This document shows, in pieces, positions 1 through 8,692 of a stretch of DNA of 64,000 bases (the stretch's first letter is position 1; the number at the start of each line of letters is the position of its first letter). Below the pieces are notes generated by a model that was not told the origin of the DNA, made no database searches, and was given only the letters and a program-made list of their open reading frames with translations. The translations under genes and the position numbers were made by a program. Source of the stretch: an uncultured virus (IMG/VR IMGVR_UViG_2675903202_000003) (Duplodnaviria > Heunggongvirae > Uroviricota > Caudoviricetes); IMG/VR virus record IMGVR_UViG_2675903202_000003, positions 1-64,000 of that record, one strand, 5' to 3'.

Positions 1-288
1 ATGGCTGCTCCTGACCCACACGCTGTCCGCGCCCACCACGTCGCACTGAAGGTCGGTGAGGCGGTGCTCGTTGTCGAGCACGACGAAGCCACCCGAACCC
101 CGCTCGAAGGAGGACGCCGACACCTTGGCCGCGTCGTCGAGGCGGAAGGGATCTACATCCAGGTCGCCTACGAGGACCGCACCGTCAACCGTGGCCGCCC
201 CGACCTGTTCTACAAGGACTCGTGGTGGAGAGCGTGGGACGGCGCCATGCGCTGGCGACTCACCACCGAGAAGAGCACCCATGGGTGA
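1..288 (+). CDS. hypothetical phage protein
   Basis: GC3-rich ORF overlapping the next start. Confidence 0.6.
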   Translation: MAAPDPHAVRAHHVALKVGEAVLVVEHDEATRTPLEGGRRHLGRVVEAEGIYIQVAYEDRTVNRGRPDLFYKDSWWRAWDGAMRWRLTTEKSTHG

Positions 289-547
289 CCAGTCGACCGG
301 ATTCCGAATCCGAGATGCCGCCGCGTTCCAGGTCCAGTCGTCTCGGGACGGCTCCACCTGGATCCCGCGGCAGCCAGCCCCTGACGGCATCGGCACCATG
401 CGTCACGGCGGCGATTACTGGTTCACCGACCACCACCAGGCATGGGTCGCGGCGAACACCCTGCGGAACGCCCTCACCTGGTCGGAAGTCCGTGTCATAG
501 CGAAAGGCCACAACGGCGACATTGTCGGAGAACAGGTCATCCTGTAG
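281..547 (+). CDS. hypothetical protein
   Basis: ATG at 281 coupled to the upstream stop; MGDQSTGFRIRD... Confidence 0.55.
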   Translation: MGDQSTGFRIRDAAAFQVQSSRDGSTWIPRQPAPDGIGTMRHGGDYWFTDHHQAWVAANTLRNALTWSEVRVIAKGHNGDIVGEQVIL

Positions 548-609
548 AGCAACCTCACCGAGGAGGCGCTCTCCCGCTTGTGCTGCGGGAGAGCGCCTTG
601 TCTTCGCAG

Positions 610-1077
610 CTACGGGCAGATCTTGTGTTCCGGGTCCCACCAGATCACGTAGAACACCCGTGGTGACTCCTCCGACAGCACACCCCACAGTCGGCCCATG
701 TTGCCGACCCGGAACCGGAACATCTCCTCGAACTCGTCCAACCGCAACTCAGCAAGCCGATCTTGCGCTGTCTTCACCAGGCTGGTCACCGGGATCCACT
801 TGTGCTTCTGGCTGTCCCGCCGCTTGCTGTGCGTGCGCTGATCCCAGATCTCCCGCCAGGTCAGCCGCTCCATATCGCTGAGGAACCGCACCAGCATCGC
901 GCTCGTCGACCGGTCAACCCGCCAATGCCATTCACCGTCGTACTCGGCGTCCAGCAACGACAGCCGCCACAGCGGATGATGATCGCCCTCGCCGTCATGT
1001 GCGACACCCGAAAGGCACCGCGGCAGCGGCTTACGAACTACTTCCGGCGAGGGGCGAAGCTTAGCCTTCTTGCCCAT
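610..1077 (-). CDS. putative PanT toxin, RelE/ParE-like mRNase fold
   Basis: C-terminal FRFRVGNMGRLWG...FYVIWWDPEHKICP motif; overlaps the Panacea antitoxin. Confidence 0.7.
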   Translation of the reverse strand: MGKKAKLRPSPEVVRKPLPRCLSGVAHDGEGDHHPLWRLSLLDAEYDGEWHWRVDRSTSAMLVRFLSDMERLTWREIWDQRTHSKRRDSQKHKWIPVTSLVKTAQDRLAELRLDEFEEMFRFRVGNMGRLWGVLSEESPRVFYVIWWDPEHKICP

Positions 1078-1528
1078 GGGCGTCAGCGGCGGTGAGCGCG
1101 TCAAAGTACTCGCCGATTTCCTCGTCGGTGAGTTCCTCGCTGCTGCGCTCCATCGGGCCCACGCGAGCGCGGTTGCGGGCGCTCACCCACGGGCCTTCCC
1201 GGTGCGTCATGGCCGACAACTGATGGGCATCGAACTCGCCCAGGCCGTCTAGGACGAGTTCGACCGACTCCCGCTCGCCCTCGTCCAGCGCGGCGGGCTC
1301 ACCTGAGATGTCGCCGGCGGCGAGCTGGAACCGGCCGCGGTGCCGCCGGTACAGCAGTGGGCTGACAGGCCCGTTGGCCCATGCCTCGAACCGCTCGGGG
1401 AACAGGGGACGCTCCTCCCACGCGAGGTGGTAGCCGTAGGCGTAGTAGCAGAGCTTCTGCAGCTTCATCGCCGACATAGGACCCCGCTTCTGCAGGATGT
1501 ATGCGGCGACGTCGTTGATCGCGGCCAT
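1061..1528 (-). CDS. Panacea (DUF4065/SocA-like) antitoxin
   Basis: MKLQKLCYYAY, FEAWANGPV, LSAMTHREGPW signature motifs. Confidence 0.9.
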   Translation of the reverse strand: MAAINDVAAYILQKRGPMSAMKLQKLCYYAYGYHLAWEERPLFPERFEAWANGPVSPLLYRRHRGRFQLAAGDISGEPAALDEGERESVELVLDGLGEFDAHQLSAMTHREGPWVSARNRARVGPMERSSEELTDEEIGEYFDALTAADAHGQEG

Positions 1529-1781
1529 GTGCGTGCCCCCTCCTTCCCCTGTCCTTATTCGTACCCGTTGGGGGGAACGGATGTGCATATCTGGTCCTTA
1601 CTGGTTGGTAACGGTTCGTTGAACGTGCCCACGAACCGCAACGCTTCGTTACTACATGCAGACGGACCGTGTACGTCGGGTGTTTGGCGAGACGAGACCA
1701 ACCCTTCACGCAGACCTTCCAACGTGCGTGTGACATCCCGCCGCAAACCGGCCGCCCGCACTCTGACTACGACCCAAGCGA

Positions 1782-2059
1782 TCAGCCGTACACCTTGTAG
1801 TGCTTCCTGTGGTTCCTCCAGTTCCGCCACACCTGCCAGGACCGGACCGTCGCCCACCAGCACCCGTAGATCGGCAGCCACATCCCGCACGTCCAGAACG
1901 TGAGGGTCCAGTTGAAGCCGTGCCCGGCGAACGACATCCCGCGCTTGGCGCTCACGGCCTGCGGCGCAGCGCCTGCACGTACACCACCTGAGGCTGCGGA
2001 GGCGGAGGCGGCATCGGCCCCTGCTGATACTGCTGGCCCGGGTCCTGCGGCTGCCCCAT
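1782..2059 (-). CDS. small Pro/Gln-rich membrane protein (frameshift near 1970)
   Basis: MGQPQDPGQQ...QVVYVQA continues in another frame into HGFNWTLTFWTCGMWLPIY; one base restores the ORF. Confidence 0.55.
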
Positions 2060-2190
2060 GGCGCCCCTTCCTGTCGAGTGGAACGACAGTGTGGGACAAC
2101 GCCCCACCCGTTCGGGCTTCAACCAGCAGGAACGACCGAAGGCGGACGCCCCGCCAACCGAACCGGGGCTCTCCACGTCTGGGCTGCCCG

Positions 2191-2720
2191 AACCCTTAGC
2201 GGAACCCTTCCGCTAAGGGTTCCGCTAACCCTTGCCGCTACTCCCCTCGGGACCCTCCTCACAGCCCCGATCAGGGCGTTTGCCCGGGCAATGCGCCGCC
2301 TCGACCTGGCCTCGCACACCAGCAACCAGGCGAAGCGCAACCGGCCAACCGCGGACGTGCAGGCCGCAGCCTGCTCGCGACTGCGCCGCAGAGGCAACCG
2401 CCCGCCGACGTTTATGCAGGTGAGGGCCGCTCCTAAGGGTTAGCGGAGGGGTTCGGCTAAGGGTTAGCGGAACCCCTCCAGTAGCCCCGCCAGCACCCCC
2501 AATGGAAGGGGGTGCGTCACTACGTCGAGGGCTCGCGGCCTGTGGAAAACCTCAGGTGAGACCTGCACCGATGACCCGCGCGGCACCGCCCCCCGTTCCA
2601 GCCAGCGGCAGCGCCACCCTGGTCACGTATTCGCAGGTCAGTGACAAGACTCAGGGGTTCCGCTAAGGGTTAGCGCAGGGGTTCGCCGAAGGGTTAGCGG
2701 AACCCTTCGCCGACCCTTCT
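2191..2720. repeat. three clusters of ~12-bp iteron-like repeats (AAGGGTTAGCGG and variants), putative origin/incompatibility locus
   Basis: Clusters at 2191-2240, 2433-2477 and 2653-2720; perfect 14-bp inverted repeat 2191-2221; DnaA-box-like TGTGGAAAA 2541-2549; no intact ORF. Confidence 0.75.
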
Positions 2721-3088
2721 AGGGGAGAGGGGAACGTAACGGTAGTAACTACGGACTCCCCTTTCCCCTGTTCCCCTTACCCCAAGATCTTTCTTGCGCA
2801 TCGACCGCGCGAGCCTCGCCGAAACTCGCCCTCGACGGCGAAGGACAACGCCCAGAGCGCGCCAGAATCAACGAGGAGCGCCAAACCCCCGCCGACCCGT
2901 AGGCGATATAGACCCCACGCCCCTTCGGCGCTTAGCGGGCGAATCAGCGCCACGCCGTCACGGGAGCACCACTGGTTCCCGAGCCCCCATCTGACTGATC
3001 CGTCAACCCGCGTTCGACGTAGTCGCGGCAACCTGCCGCAACTGGCCGCCCCCGTGACCCACCCACCACAGACGGGCACAACCACGCC

Positions 3089-3481
3089 GTGAAACCGCAA
3101 CCCGCCCCCGCAGCCGCAGCCGCGCTCCTCACCCTCACCTTCACCCTCACCGCCTGCGCCGCGTCGTACGACGAACGCATGACCTACCTACGCAAAATCG
3201 CCAACCGCGGCGCCGAAACCCATAAGCTCCTCGCCGCCCAAGGCGCACACATCGACGCCAAACGCTGCGGCGCGACCTACGACGGGCTCGCCGACGACGA
3301 CATCCCCTCCGACATCGACGGCGGTGGCGCATCTACCGAATGGCGTGCCCAGGTCCGGCAGTTCTTCGTGGACTCGTGCGTCACCGGCCTGCCCAAACCC
3401 GTCCCCGGCCACAACAACCCACCGCCAGCGAGCCCCAGCACTCCACCAACAACCGCGCAGCCGGCCTCACCGCCGTCCTGA
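3089..3481 (+). CDS. putative lipoprotein
   Basis: Signal peptide with lipobox LTAC; Pro-rich tail. Confidence 0.7.
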   Translation: MKPQPAPAAAAALLTLTFTLTACAASYDERMTYLRKIANRGAETHKLLAAQGAHIDAKRCGATYDGLADDDIPSDIDGGGASTEWRAQVRQFFVDSCVTGLPKPVPGHNNPPPASPSTPPTTAQPASPPS

Positions 3482-3518
3482 CCCCTGGCGCAGACCCCTC
3501 ACCGGAAGGCCCACAAGC

Positions 3519-3725
3519 ATGGTGACGAGCGGCCCAGACCACTACGCGGAAGCCCAACGGCTCCTCGACAAGGTCAACCGCAACAAAGATGACCCCGCGA
3601 ACGCGAGCCGTCTCCAACGCGCCCAGGTCCACGCCCAGCTCGCGCTCGTAGCCGCGACCGTTCAAGCCGGGCAGCTCAGCCCCAACCAGGTCCGCGAGTG
3701 GGAGAGAGGCGGACTGAAGACGTAG
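3519..3725 (+). CDS. hypothetical actinophage protein
   Basis: SGPDHYAEAQRLL...AQVHAQLALVAAT, a common small actinophage protein pattern. Confidence 0.7.
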   Translation: MVTSGPDHYAEAQRLLDKVNRNKDDPANASRLQRAQVHAQLALVAATVQAGQLSPNQVREWERGGLKT

Positions 3726-3733
3726 GCATGCGA

Positions 3734-3768
3734 GAGGCCCGCATCCTCCGGTCGAGGATGCGGGCCTC
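3734..3768. terminator. bidirectional intrinsic terminator hairpin
   Basis: GAGGCCCGCATCCTC-N5-GAGGATGCGGGCCTC between convergent genes. Confidence 0.75.
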
Positions 3769-3824
3769 AGGGCAACGGACGCGCTCCGTTGACGTCGACG
3801 CGGTAGCTGCGGGAGTGCGCCGAG

Positions 3825-4127
3825 TCAGTCGTCCTCGACGAGGCGGTGCATCTGCTCGTCGGCGTCGGCCGTCACGCCCTGCAGCAACCGCCCTGGGGAC
3901 TGCCCCGGATGCGCATGCCCGCGGAACGCCACCACGGTCTCCTCTTCACGGCCGTCCTCAGTCACGGTGGTGTAGTCGCTCAGATCGACCTTGTCGACCA
4001 TCTGGAGGTTCTCGCCGTCGCAGATGCCGAACTCGACCCGAGTCTCCAGCCCGTCGGGCAGCGCGGACGACATCAGAGTGAGCATGTTGACCAGAGTTCG
4101 GATCGTCGTGACGCCCTCTTCAGCCAC
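3825..4127 (-). CDS. hypothetical acidic protein
   Basis: ORF coupled to the DUF397 gene. Confidence 0.6.
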   Translation of the reverse strand: MAEEGVTTIRTLVNMLTLMSSALPDGLETRVEFGICDGENLQMVDKVDLSDYTTVTEDGREEETVVAFRGHAHPGQSPGRLLQGVTADADEQMHRLVEDD

Positions 4128-4338
4128 GGCTCAGGTCGTACCGTCCCGTGCGGACAGCGGTCGTGAACGTGACCCACGCGGGCGCGGTGAACGCCAGCAT
4201 CGGGCCGCTGCGGTCGTACGAGTCGCGGACGCCGGCTGCGTCTTCCACAAAGGCGACTTCGACGCAGCCGATGTCTCCGCTCCCGCCAGCCTTGCGGAAG
4301 GCGGCGGACTTAAGACGCTCGACGGTGGTGGCATCCAT
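4120..4338 (-). CDS. DUF397 domain protein
   Basis: FRKA...GCVEVA...GVRDS...LAFTAPAWVTF motif. Confidence 0.88.
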   Translation of the reverse strand: MDATTVERLKSAAFRKAGGSGDIGCVEVAFVEDAAGVRDSYDRSGPMLAFTAPAWVTFTTAVRTGRYDLSRG

Positions 4339-4882
4339 GCTGGTGCTCCTCAGTGCGGTGGGCGATTTCATTGAGGTAGAGGGCGAGCGGAGAGGCTGCC
4401 GCCATGGCAGCGTTTCGGGCTTGTTCGTACCGCAGCGCCATGTCCGGGGCACGGTGCAAGTCGACGCTCAACCAGTTGCCATGTCGGTCGTAGTGCATGA
4501 CGGCGACGCGGTCATCGAGCAGCCAGAAGTCAGTGTCGGGCAGGTCCAGTTCGCGCGTGCGGTGACGTGGCAGCACGCGGATGTCCTCCCCCGCCGCGAC
4601 GCTGGCGGGGTAGGCGCAGGTGAGTTCGAACAGCGTGTAGTCGGTCAGGGGTTCGGTGACCACATGCACGCGCGCCATAGTGGCGCCGGCCGCGACCTTG
4701 CCGCGGACGAGGCGCTGCCACGGTTGCCGCCACTCGGGAGAGGGGATCTCTCCGTTGAGGAACAGGCGGAAGGGCTCGGTCTCGTTCGAGGCGACGTAGT
4801 GGTCGAAGAGCTCAAGACGGAACGCCGAGCGCGTGAACTTGCCGAACTCGGTCGCGAACTCGTCTGGAGTGAGTAGAGCCAT
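4310..4882 (-). CDS. DUF6879 family protein
   Basis: SAFRLE..D.Y, RVHVVTEPLTDY..FE, AGEDIR, DFWLLDD motifs. Confidence 0.82.
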   Translation of the reverse strand: MALLTPDEFATEFGKFTRSAFRLELFDHYVASNETEPFRLFLNGEIPSPEWRQPWQRLVRGKVAAGATMARVHVVTEPLTDYTLFELTCAYPASVAAGEDIRVLPRHRTRELDLPDTDFWLLDDRVAVMHYDRHGNWLSVDLHRAPDMALRYEQARNAAMAAASPLALYLNEIAHRTEEHQHGCHHRRAS

Positions 4883-4954
4883 GACAGAGCCTTCAGGGAG
4901 CTGGGTGACTCCCGCCACGCTAGCCCGCAGCGCGCCACGTGGGAACCCTTTTCC

Positions 4955-4968
4955 CGCGACTAGTCGCG
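4955..4968. promoter_or_regulatory. palindromic operator CGCGACTAGTCGCG
   Basis: Perfect 14-bp palindrome in the divergent intergenic region; related copies at 5933-5946 and 5961-5972. Confidence 0.65.
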
Positions 4969-5035
4969 CTAACGATGGGTTGTTCGTCCCTGCGGGACTA
5001 GCATGGCGGCATCCCGACGGAAGGCACCACGCGCC

Positions 5036-5956
5036 ATGACCTCCAAGCCGACGAAAGCCCAGCGAGATCTGGGCCGCGAGCTGAGAAGGCTCCGCGAAGG
5101 CACCGGTTTGTCCGCCGCCCGGTTCGGTCAACCCCATGGGTGGTCGCAGTCGAAGGTGTCGAAGTCAGAGCGCGGCGGCACTCTCCTTTCACCCAGCGAC
5201 GTGGAGAAATGGGCACGGGCGGCCGGCGCTGACGAAGACACGACCGCACGCATTGTCGACCTCGCGACCGAGCTGGCGGCAGAGTCGAAGGACTGGTCCG
5301 CGCGGCGCGGATCCCTCGCTGACCGCAATGCCTACATCGGCGACGTCGAGGCCGGAAGCACGTCCGTGCACAACTTTCAGCCGTCGGCGGTGTCCGGGCT
5401 GCTGCAGACCGCCGACTATGCACGGCGGGTACTGATGTTGATCGACCCGGACAACGAGCACAAGACCGCCGATGCTGTGGCCAGAAGGCTGGAGCGGCAG
5501 ACGCTGCTCTACGACGTCAGCAAGCGGTTCGAGTTCGTCTTGACCGAGGGGGCGCTCCGCTGGCGGCCCGGGCCGCCAGCATTGATGCGCGCGCAACTCG
5601 ACCGCGTGATGTCGGTGGCAACCCTGCCGAACGTGACGATCGGGATCCTGCCGCAGGACCGTCAGGCTGAGATGCTGCAGCTCAACGGGTTCACGATCTT
5701 CGACCACGGGGACCGGCCGTTCGTCCTCGTGGAGACCTACCACGAGGACGGACGCAGGGATGACGAGGAGACGGTAGCCAGCTATCGGCGAGTGTTCTCG
5801 CGCCTGCTGGACGAGGCCATCGTTGGCGATGAGGCCATGTCTCTTACGCGTCGGTTGATGGACACTCTGCCCGCGACTGATCGAACGCTGTACGAGCCCC
5901 GCACCGACCTGGTGCGGGGCTTCTTTGTATCTGCGATTAGTCGCGATACCGATTGA
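5036..5956 (+). CDS. XRE-HTH + DUF5753 transcriptional regulator (WhiJ/Scr1-like); true stop probably ~5880
   Basis: ELRRLRE...WSQSKVSKSERG HTH, GLLQTADYAR, RLERQ, PNVTIGILP; terminator hairpin 5894-5922 lies inside the ORF tail. Confidence 0.9.
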   Translation: MTSKPTKAQRDLGRELRRLREGTGLSAARFGQPHGWSQSKVSKSERGGTLLSPSDVEKWARAAGADEDTTARIVDLATELAAESKDWSARRGSLADRNAYIGDVEAGSTSVHNFQPSAVSGLLQTADYARRVLMLIDPDNEHKTADAVARRLERQTLLYDVSKRFEFVLTEGALRWRPGPPALMRAQLDRVMSVATLPNVTIGILPQDRQAEMLQLNGFTIFDHGDRPFVLVETYHEDGRRDDEETVASYRRVFSRLLDEAIVGDEAMSLTRRLMDTLPATDRTLYEPRTDLVRGFFVSAISRDTD

Positions 5957-5981
5957 CGTACGACTAGTCGCGACTTAGTCT
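5953..5981 (+). promoter_or_regulatory. sigma70-type promoter (TTGACG-17-TAGTCT) overlapped by operator; likely leaderless start at ATG 5989
   Basis: Consensus spacing; CGACTAGTCGCG lies in the spacer. Confidence 0.7.
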
Positions 5982-5988
5982 CATGGGT

Positions 5989-6297
5989 ATGCAGCACACC
6001 GAGAGCCGCGTGAGCGCCCTGAGCGACAGGAGCCGACAGAGAGGCACGGGCACCAGAACCCGCGCCAGCGCGGACCTCATGCCGATCAAGGCAGCCGCCG
6101 CCGCTCTCGACGTCAGCGAAATGACCATCCGCCGCGCACTCGAGGCTGGCGACTTCCCCGGCCTCCAATTCGGGCGGACCTACCGGGTCTCACGCCCCTT
6201 CGTCGAGGCGCTCCTCAACGAGGTCCGGTCAGGTCGGCGAGTCATCGTCGAAGAATTCGCCGCCGCCTGGATCGCCTCCCGACAGGGGGCGGCGTGA
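5989..6297 (+). CDS. excisionase-like HTH_17 DNA-binding protein
   Basis: LMPIKAAAAALDVSEMTIRRALEAGDFPGLQFGRTYRV. Confidence 0.82.
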   Translation: MQHTESRVSALSDRSRQRGTGTRTRASADLMPIKAAAAALDVSEMTIRRALEAGDFPGLQFGRTYRVSRPFVEALLNEVRSGRRVIVEEFAAAWIASRQGAA

Positions 6298-6434
6298 TGA
6301 ACGAGCCCACCACCGAGCAACCGCGCGCCGAGGAGCACGTCCAGCAGATCGCCCGTTCGCTCGGCGACTACTGGGGCCGCGCCTGCGTGAACGCGTGGCG
6401 CACCGTCTTCCCGAAGCGGGAGCGGCGCAAGTGA
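6297..6434 (+). CDS. small hypothetical protein
   Basis: TGATG coupling; MNEPTTEQPRAEEHVQQIARSLG... Confidence 0.5.
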   Translation: MNEPTTEQPRAEEHVQQIARSLGDYWGRACVNAWRTVFPKRERRK

Positions 6435-6566
6435 TCTCCTCCGCCGTCCCGGACACGGCCCCCGCTCGGGGCGGCGGAGGCCCCAGACACAAGAACCCCG
6501 CCGCGGCGATAGCAGCGCCGGGCGGGGCTGAAGGACCCAACCACCAGCAAAGGAAGGTGCAGATCC

Positions 6567-6695
6567 GTGAGCGACAACCGTAGCAGCAGCGGCGGCACCG
6601 CGACCGCCCCGACCCACGGCATGTGGGGCAAGCAGGGCCGCGGCTACCCCCAGCTCGCCAAGGGCGACAAGACCGCGAAGGGCGACAAGAAGTGA
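6567..6695 (+). CDS. small hypothetical protein
   Basis: AAGGAAGG RBS, GTG start, coupled to the next ORF. Confidence 0.45.
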   Translation: MSDNRSSSGGTATAPTHGMWGKQGRGYPQLAKGDKTAKGDKK

Positions 6696-6972
6696 CCGCG
6701 GCGCTCATGCCCGAGCGGCCCGTGCTCGACACGGCCGCGCTGTCCGCCGGAATCGCGGCGCTGCTCGAGCAGCACGGCATCACCGGCGCGACGTGTCCGT
6801 CCGCACCATCGAGCAGGGCGGCATGTACGCCGGCGTCACGATCTCCGCGACCGCGTACGAGCGGCCCGCCGGGCTGCCCGCCCCCCGCGACGACGCCGCG
6901 GACCTCGACGCCGTGTTCCGCAGCATCGCGGACCGCCTCGACGCGACGCCGCACCTGGCGGTGGTCAAGTGA
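6692..6972 (+). CDS. hypothetical protein (frameshift near 6788)
   Basis: MTAALMPERPV...HGITG continues into DVSVRTIEQGGMYAG...VVK*. Confidence 0.5.
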
Positions 6973-7141
6973 ACACCGCCCCCACGGCGCCCGCCCCGGC
7001 CCGGCAGCCGAGCACCTCAACGCGTCCCCCGACCCACTGCCCCGTGCACCCCGAGTGCGCCCTCGAAGGCGGCCCGATCCGGTGGCGCTGCGCCTACGGC
7101 CACGCCGTGCCCGCCGCCGACATCAACCGGGAGGTCACCCG

Positions 7142-7612
7142 ATGAGCAACGGCATCATCCCTTTCAAGGTCCGCACCCGCCGCGGTGTCGAAACGGTCGA
7201 GTACCAGATGGGTGAGCTCGCGCTCCTCAGCTGGCTCGAGCGGTACGGGATCACGTCCACGCAGGACGAGCTCCGCGGCGACGACCCGACCAAGCCCGCC
7301 CTGATCATCGAAGGGCACACCACCAAGCGGGGTCACGAGTTCCGGTTCGTGATCGAGTTCAGGTACGACCCGAACGCGGACGTCCGCGACGGTGTGCCCT
7401 ACGGGTTCCACTTCGTCGGTGGCGCGGTGCGGCTGACGACCCCGCAGCCCGGAGCGACCGGCGAGCAGACCGTCCGCACGTTCCACGACTTCGAGTCCGT
7501 GATCCGCGACGGCGAGGCCCAGTTCGTCCGCGGGCGCCACTTCGCGGTCCGGGCGACCGCAGCCGTCGACCAGGCCGCCGCGGAGATCCGGGAACGGGGT
7601 GGTCTCCGGTGA
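7142..7612 (+). CDS. hypothetical protein
   Basis: GGAGG RBS; GC3-biased. Confidence 0.7.
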   Translation: MSNGIIPFKVRTRRGVETVEYQMGELALLSWLERYGITSTQDELRGDDPTKPALIIEGHTTKRGHEFRFVIEFRYDPNADVRDGVPYGFHFVGGAVRLTTPQPGATGEQTVRTFHDFESVIRDGEAQFVRGRHFAVRATAAVDQAAAEIRERGGLR

Positions 7613-7983
7613 GGTTCGTTCTCCGCGCGATGCACCGTATCAAGGGCCGCCACGTCTGGCGCCTGGCCCTCGACGACGGGCAGGGGCGCCGCCCGGCGAC
7701 CGTGCACCTGATGTGCCGGCCTTGCCGGATCACCAAGCCGCTCCAGGCCCCGGCCCACCCGGTCGTCCCGTGCTTCTGCCGCAACGCGACCTGCGCACGG
7801 TGGCAGCAGTACATCGCCCGTTGGGTCGCGCTGTTCGGTGTCGCGCCGAACCTCGACGACATCGCCGTCGACGAGCAATGGCACGCCTCCACGCAGCAGT
7901 GGCTCCGCGACTACGGCGCCGCCTGGCGGCGTCTGTTCTTCGTCGCCGTTCTCGGTAACGACCGCCGGGAGGTGACCGGCTGA
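7609..7983 (+). CDS. hypothetical Cys-rich protein
   Basis: CRPC...CFC..C; coupled ORF. Confidence 0.6.
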   Translation: MRFVLRAMHRIKGRHVWRLALDDGQGRRPATVHLMCRPCRITKPLQAPAHPVVPCFCRNATCARWQQYIARWVALFGVAPNLDDIAVDEQWHASTQQWLRDYGAAWRRLFFVAVLGNDRREVTG

Positions 7984-8273
7984 TGTTCTTCCTCAGCATC
8001 GCTCTCGACGCCATCACCACCCCGATCCTGACGGCCGCCGCACGGTTCCGCCGCCACACCCCGCCGTGGGAATGCGATCACCGGTGGAAGGTGCGGCTCC
8101 CGGTCGTCACCGGAACCGCCGCCCGGTCGTGTACCCGCTGCACCGTGCTCGAGCCGCTGCGCGAGACCCAACCGGCCCTGCACCCCGAGTCGCTGGCGAT
8201 CCGCCTCCCGGTCCGGGAGGAGGCCGCTTTCAGGTCCCTCGCCGCCGCTTTCGGACCGGGTGAGTACCCGTGA
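7983..8273 (+). CDS. hypothetical protein
   Basis: Coupled ORF with C..H / C..C. Confidence 0.55.
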   Translation: MFFLSIALDAITTPILTAAARFRRHTPPWECDHRWKVRLPVVTGTAARSCTRCTVLEPLRETQPALHPESLAIRLPVREEAAFRSLAAAFGPGEYP

Positions 8274-8371
8274 CGCAGGTGCGCCGCCCGCGCCCGCCGC
8301 GCAAACCCACCAAGCCGAAGCCGGACACCCGGACCCCGTCCGGGCGCCCGATGCCCTACTAGGAGCCAACC

Positions 8372-8692
8372 ATGACCGCCCGTCAGATCCGCCGAGTGAC
8401 CCCGGTCGCGTCCGGGCCGCCGCTCGCCATCGGCCTCGCCGCAGTCGAGGACCAGGTGCCGTGGCAGACCCGCGGACTGTGCGCCGAGACCGACCCCGAC
8501 GCGTTCTTCCCCGAGAAGGGCGCCTCCACCCGAGCCGCCAAGAACGTCTGCCGCGGCTGCGAGGTCCGCGCCGAGTGCCTGGAGTTCGCCCTCGACACCG
8601 ACCAGCGGTTCGGCATCTGGGGCGGCACGTCCGAGAAGGAGCGCCGGGCGCTGCGTCGCCTGCGTGGTCAGGGGCAGGAGGTGGCCGCGTGA
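8372..8692 (+). CDS. whiB: WhiB family Fe-S transcription factor
   Basis: LCAETDPDAFFPEKG...AKNVCRGCEVRAECLEFAL...FGIWGG. Confidence 0.95.
   Translation: MTARQIRRVTPVASGPPLAIGLAAVEDQVPWQTRGLCAETDPDAFFPEKGASTRAAKNVCRGCEVRAECLEFALDTDQRFGIWGGTSEKERRALRRLRGQGQEVAA

Noticed and set aside
2191-2720. CRISPR array
   Set aside because: Repeats are ~12 bp, tandem or inverted, without unique spacers; no cas genes
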